Under the pieces are notes generated by a model that was given only the letters and a program-made list of their open reading frames with translations, made no database searches and was not told where the DNA came from. Position numbers and translations under genes: made by a program. 64,000 bases of DNA, from the NCBI GenBank assembly GCA_020891255.1, contig BQFW01000003.1, forward strand, positions 434,001 through 498,000, read 5' to 3'. Below, piece after piece: positions 60,733 to 64,000 of the stretch; within the stretch, counting starts at the first letter, position 1; each line of letters opens with the position of its first letter. The DNA is from Entomortierella parvispora E1425 (lineage: Eukaryota; Fungi; Mortierellomycota).

Positions 60733-63700
60733 ATGCCACCCATCGCTAAATTCAACACTTTGGAGAGAGAGCGGACGTTCCAGAACCCCTCGGACAAGTC
60801 CTTCCAGACACCCGCTCTGCAGGAAATGGTGGCTCCTCACATTGAGGCGTTCAATGCCCTGATGGAGTTTGGTGTCGGCAAGAAGACCGGTTTGCTTGAC
60901 TTGGCTCTCCAGGACATCGGATCGAAGTCTGTCTTTGACAAGAAAGATGGTGGCCTTGGCAATAAGTTGTCTTGTACGTCTCCTCACACAATCACTCGAA
61001 CCTCTCTCAGCAACCACGGAAGCATAGATCAGGCGACTGACTTGTATTTCTTTCTCTCTCTTGCCTGTATTGATAGTCTGGGTGGACGAGCTTACTCTGA
61101 GCAAGCCTACATTGTCCGACAAGGAACGCAACTCTACTACCCGTCAGATCTACCCCACCGAGGTATTTGCCCAGATTCTTTGAAAGCGATGCTTGGAACG
61201 CGCAGACAAAATACAAAACAGATAGAACTGACCGCTGGACGTTGAAAACATAGGCAAGAGAGAGATTGAACTCTTACAAAGGAAAGCTTCAGGCAAAGCT
61301 CGCCTGGAGAGTGAATGACGGCCCAGTTGTTGTGGAGACTCGCGATTTGGGACAGGTGCCCATCATGATCCGTTCAAACCGTTGCAATTTGGAAGGCGCA
61401 TATCCAAAGGAGCTGATTAAGCACCACGAAGAGTCTGAAGAGTTTGGTGGCTACTTCTTGGTGAACGGTATCGAGAAGTTGATCCGTTTGTTGATTGTTC
61501 CCAGACGCAACCATGTCATTGCTTTGATCCGTTCCAGTTTCACCAACCGTGGACCAACCTACTCGTCTTACGGTACCGCCATTCGCTGCACCCGGCCAGA
61601 TCAGACTTCCCAGACCAACACCGTCCATTACCTTACTGATGGTGGCAGCATGTTGCGTTTTGCCTGGAGAAAGCAGGAATACCTGGTTCCCACCATGTTG
61701 ATTTTGAAGGTAATAACCTTTCGATTCAGTTGAAGCGAAATGGAAGACAAGCTTTTATTAACAATGTCTGCTTCGACATATAGGCGCTGATCGACACCTC
61801 GGACAAGGAAATTTTCGACAGTGTCATGTTGGGCGACTTGCAAAACACATTCTTGACTGACCGTGTTGAGTTGATGCTCCGCAGCTTCAAGACTTACAAC
61901 CTTCACACCCGCAAGCAGTGCCTTGCTTACTTGGGCGAGAAATTCAGAGTTGTCATGAACTTCCCTGAGGACTTTACAGACGTCGAGGTCGGTGAGGGTA
62001 TTTTGAACAAGATTGTTCTCGTTCACTTGAAGAACAACAGAGACAAGTTCAACCTTTTAATGTAAGTGTAGATCATATAAGGGGTGGATCTCGGCAGTTT
62101 TTGTACCATGCTGATTACTCATGCTCTTCCTTTTGTCAATTTCAGCTTCATGATCCGCAAGGTTTATGCTTTGGTCGCTGGCGAGTGCTCACCAGATAAC
62201 CCAGATTCTCCTCAGCACCAGGAAGTTTTGTTGGGAGGGCATTTGTATGGATCCATCATCAAGGAGAAGATTGAGGATTGGTTGAACGGCATCAAGGCAC
62301 AGATTACCCAGGATGTCCGTCGCAAGGTCGCTGGTGTTGATTTCCTCAACAGTAAGTTGGATCGTCAATGTGAAAATCTTACGTTTTCATCAACAGTTGA
62401 AACGGTTGCTAATGGATACCCATGCTTTTTAATAGACCAATACTTCACAAAGACTCTTTTGAAGACGAGTGGACTTCAGGATATTGGACAAAAGATGTCC
62501 TACTTCCTCGCCACCGGAAACCTGGTGTCCAACACTGGTCTGGATTTGCAGCAAGCCACCGGTTACACTATTGTTGCCGAGAAGTTGAACTTTTACCGTT
62601 TCTTGGCCCATTTCCGTTGTATCCATCGTGGTTCTTTCTTCGCCGAATTGAAGACGACCACTGTTCGTAAATTGCTTCCCGAAGCCTGGGGATTCCTCTG
62701 CCCTGTTCACACACCCGATGGTTCCCCTTGTGGTCTTCTGAACCATTTGTCACATACCTGCAAGGTCATTACGCAGCCTGCTGATGTTTCCCGACTTCCA
62801 AACATCTTGGCCTCCCTCGGAGTTTCCCAGACACTCGTCCCCGCTCGTGGACAAAAGACAGTTGTCGTGCAGCTTGACGGTCGTATCGTCGGATACTGTT
62901 CCTCCGACGAGGCAAAGAAGGTGGCTGACGCCCTTCGTCACTACAAGGTCTCTGGTGCTCATCAGGGAGCTATCCCTCTAGATGTTGAGTTGGGTTATGT
63001 TCCAGTTTCTCACGGTGGTCAATACCCTGGTCTCTACATCTTCTCAACTCCTGCTCGTATGATGCGTCCTGTGCGTTATCTTGCCAATGGCAAGACGGAT
63101 ATGGTCGGTTCGTTTGAGCAAGTCTACATGGAAATTGCCTGCATGGATGATGAGATCCGCCCTGGCGAGAGCACCCATCAGGAGCTTGCCCCCACCAGCA
63201 TGTTGAGTATCATTGCCAACTTGACCCCCTTCTCCGACTTTAACCAGTCTCCCCGTAACATGTACCAGTGTCAGATGGGTAAGCAGGCCATGGGAACCCC
63301 CGCCACTGCACTCAAGTACCGTACCGACAACAAGATGTACCGCCTTCAGACTGGACAGACCCCTATTGTTCGCCCTGCACTCCATAACACTTATGGAATG
63401 GACGGTTTCCCCAACGGTATGAACGCTGTGGTCGCTGTTATCTCCTACACTGGTTACGATATGGAGGATGCCATGATCTTGAACAAGTCCTCGCACGAGC
63501 GTGGATTCGGATATGGTACCATTTACAAGTCTGAGATCGTGGATTTGGGAGATCTGAGAATCCGTGGTGAGGCCGTTCTTCACCATTTCGGAATGGGTCT
63601 TGATGCTCCTCGTTCCTGGAGAGAGAAGTTGGATAAGGATGGTTTGCCTTGCATTGGTGTGACTCTTAAGGAGGGCGACCCCATCTGTGCCTACATTGAC

Positions 63701-64000
63701 GATACTACTGGAAAGACCATGATCAAGAAGTACAAGGGTATGGAAGATGGTATTGTTGACGAGGTCCGTCTCTTGGGTTCGGACAATGGCGACTCTGAGC
63801 TTCAAAAGATCCACATCAAGCTTCGTATTACCCGTTCACCCATTATTGGAGACAAGTTCTCATCTCGTCACGGACAGAAGGGTGTCTGTTCCCAAAAGTG
63901 GCCCTCAGTCGACATGCCTTTCTCAGAGTCTGGAATCCAGCCCGATGTCATTATCAACCCTCACGCTTTCCCCTCTCGTATGACCATCGGAATGTTCGTC
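60733..64000 (+). CDS. RPA135: RNA polymerase I second-largest subunit; 3' end beyond the window
   Basis: Exons from 60733, 61077, 61254, 61784, 62146 and 62436. Motifs PHIEAFNA, GGYFLVNGIEKLIR, ATGNLVSNTGLDLQQ, VRKLLPEAWGFLCPVHTPDGSPCGLLNH, NQSPRNMYQCQMGKQAMG, GYDMEDAMILNKSS and IGDKFSSRHGQKG. Confidence 0.97.

Overview
Eukaryotic, gene-dense fungal genomic DNA with short spliceosomal introns (mostly about 60-270 nt) and microsatellite-rich intergenic spacers. Gene content and intron style suggest an early-diverging fungus, probably Mucoromycota/Mortierellaceae; this is an inference, not proven. I can support about 20 protein-coding genes: a partial Ser-rich unknown gene, tripeptidyl peptidase II, a calmodulin-like protein, a secreted His1 protein, fimbrin, a two-CDGSH Fe-S protein, eIF3L, TRM5, GNA1, an MscS-like channel, MED31, PARG, a RimJ/L-type GNAT, the Cch1 Ca2+ channel, a tyrosine phosphatase, a C2H2 zinc-finger factor, Spa2, a velvet-domain protein and a partial RPA135. 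I found no rRNA, tRNA or CRISPR array. The most interesting observations are: (1) an intronless secreted protein with the histidine-brace layout of a lytic polysaccharide monooxygenase but an HSW N-terminus that I cannot place in a named LPMO family; (2) a NEET/CDGSH protein with an altered first cluster motif, an extra Cys/His motif and no obvious mitochondrial presequence; (3) an obligatory 4-nt micro-exon in the MscS-like gene, next to an ABBA 11-mer repeat; (4) a peroxisomal targeting signal (AKL) on GNA1; (5) a canonical PCNA-binding PIP box and an NLS inserted in PARG. Lesser observations include GC-AG introns, a complex velvet leader, a probable Tc1/mariner remnant and a perfect 67-bp duplication. 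All exon models were read by eye and no database searches were run.
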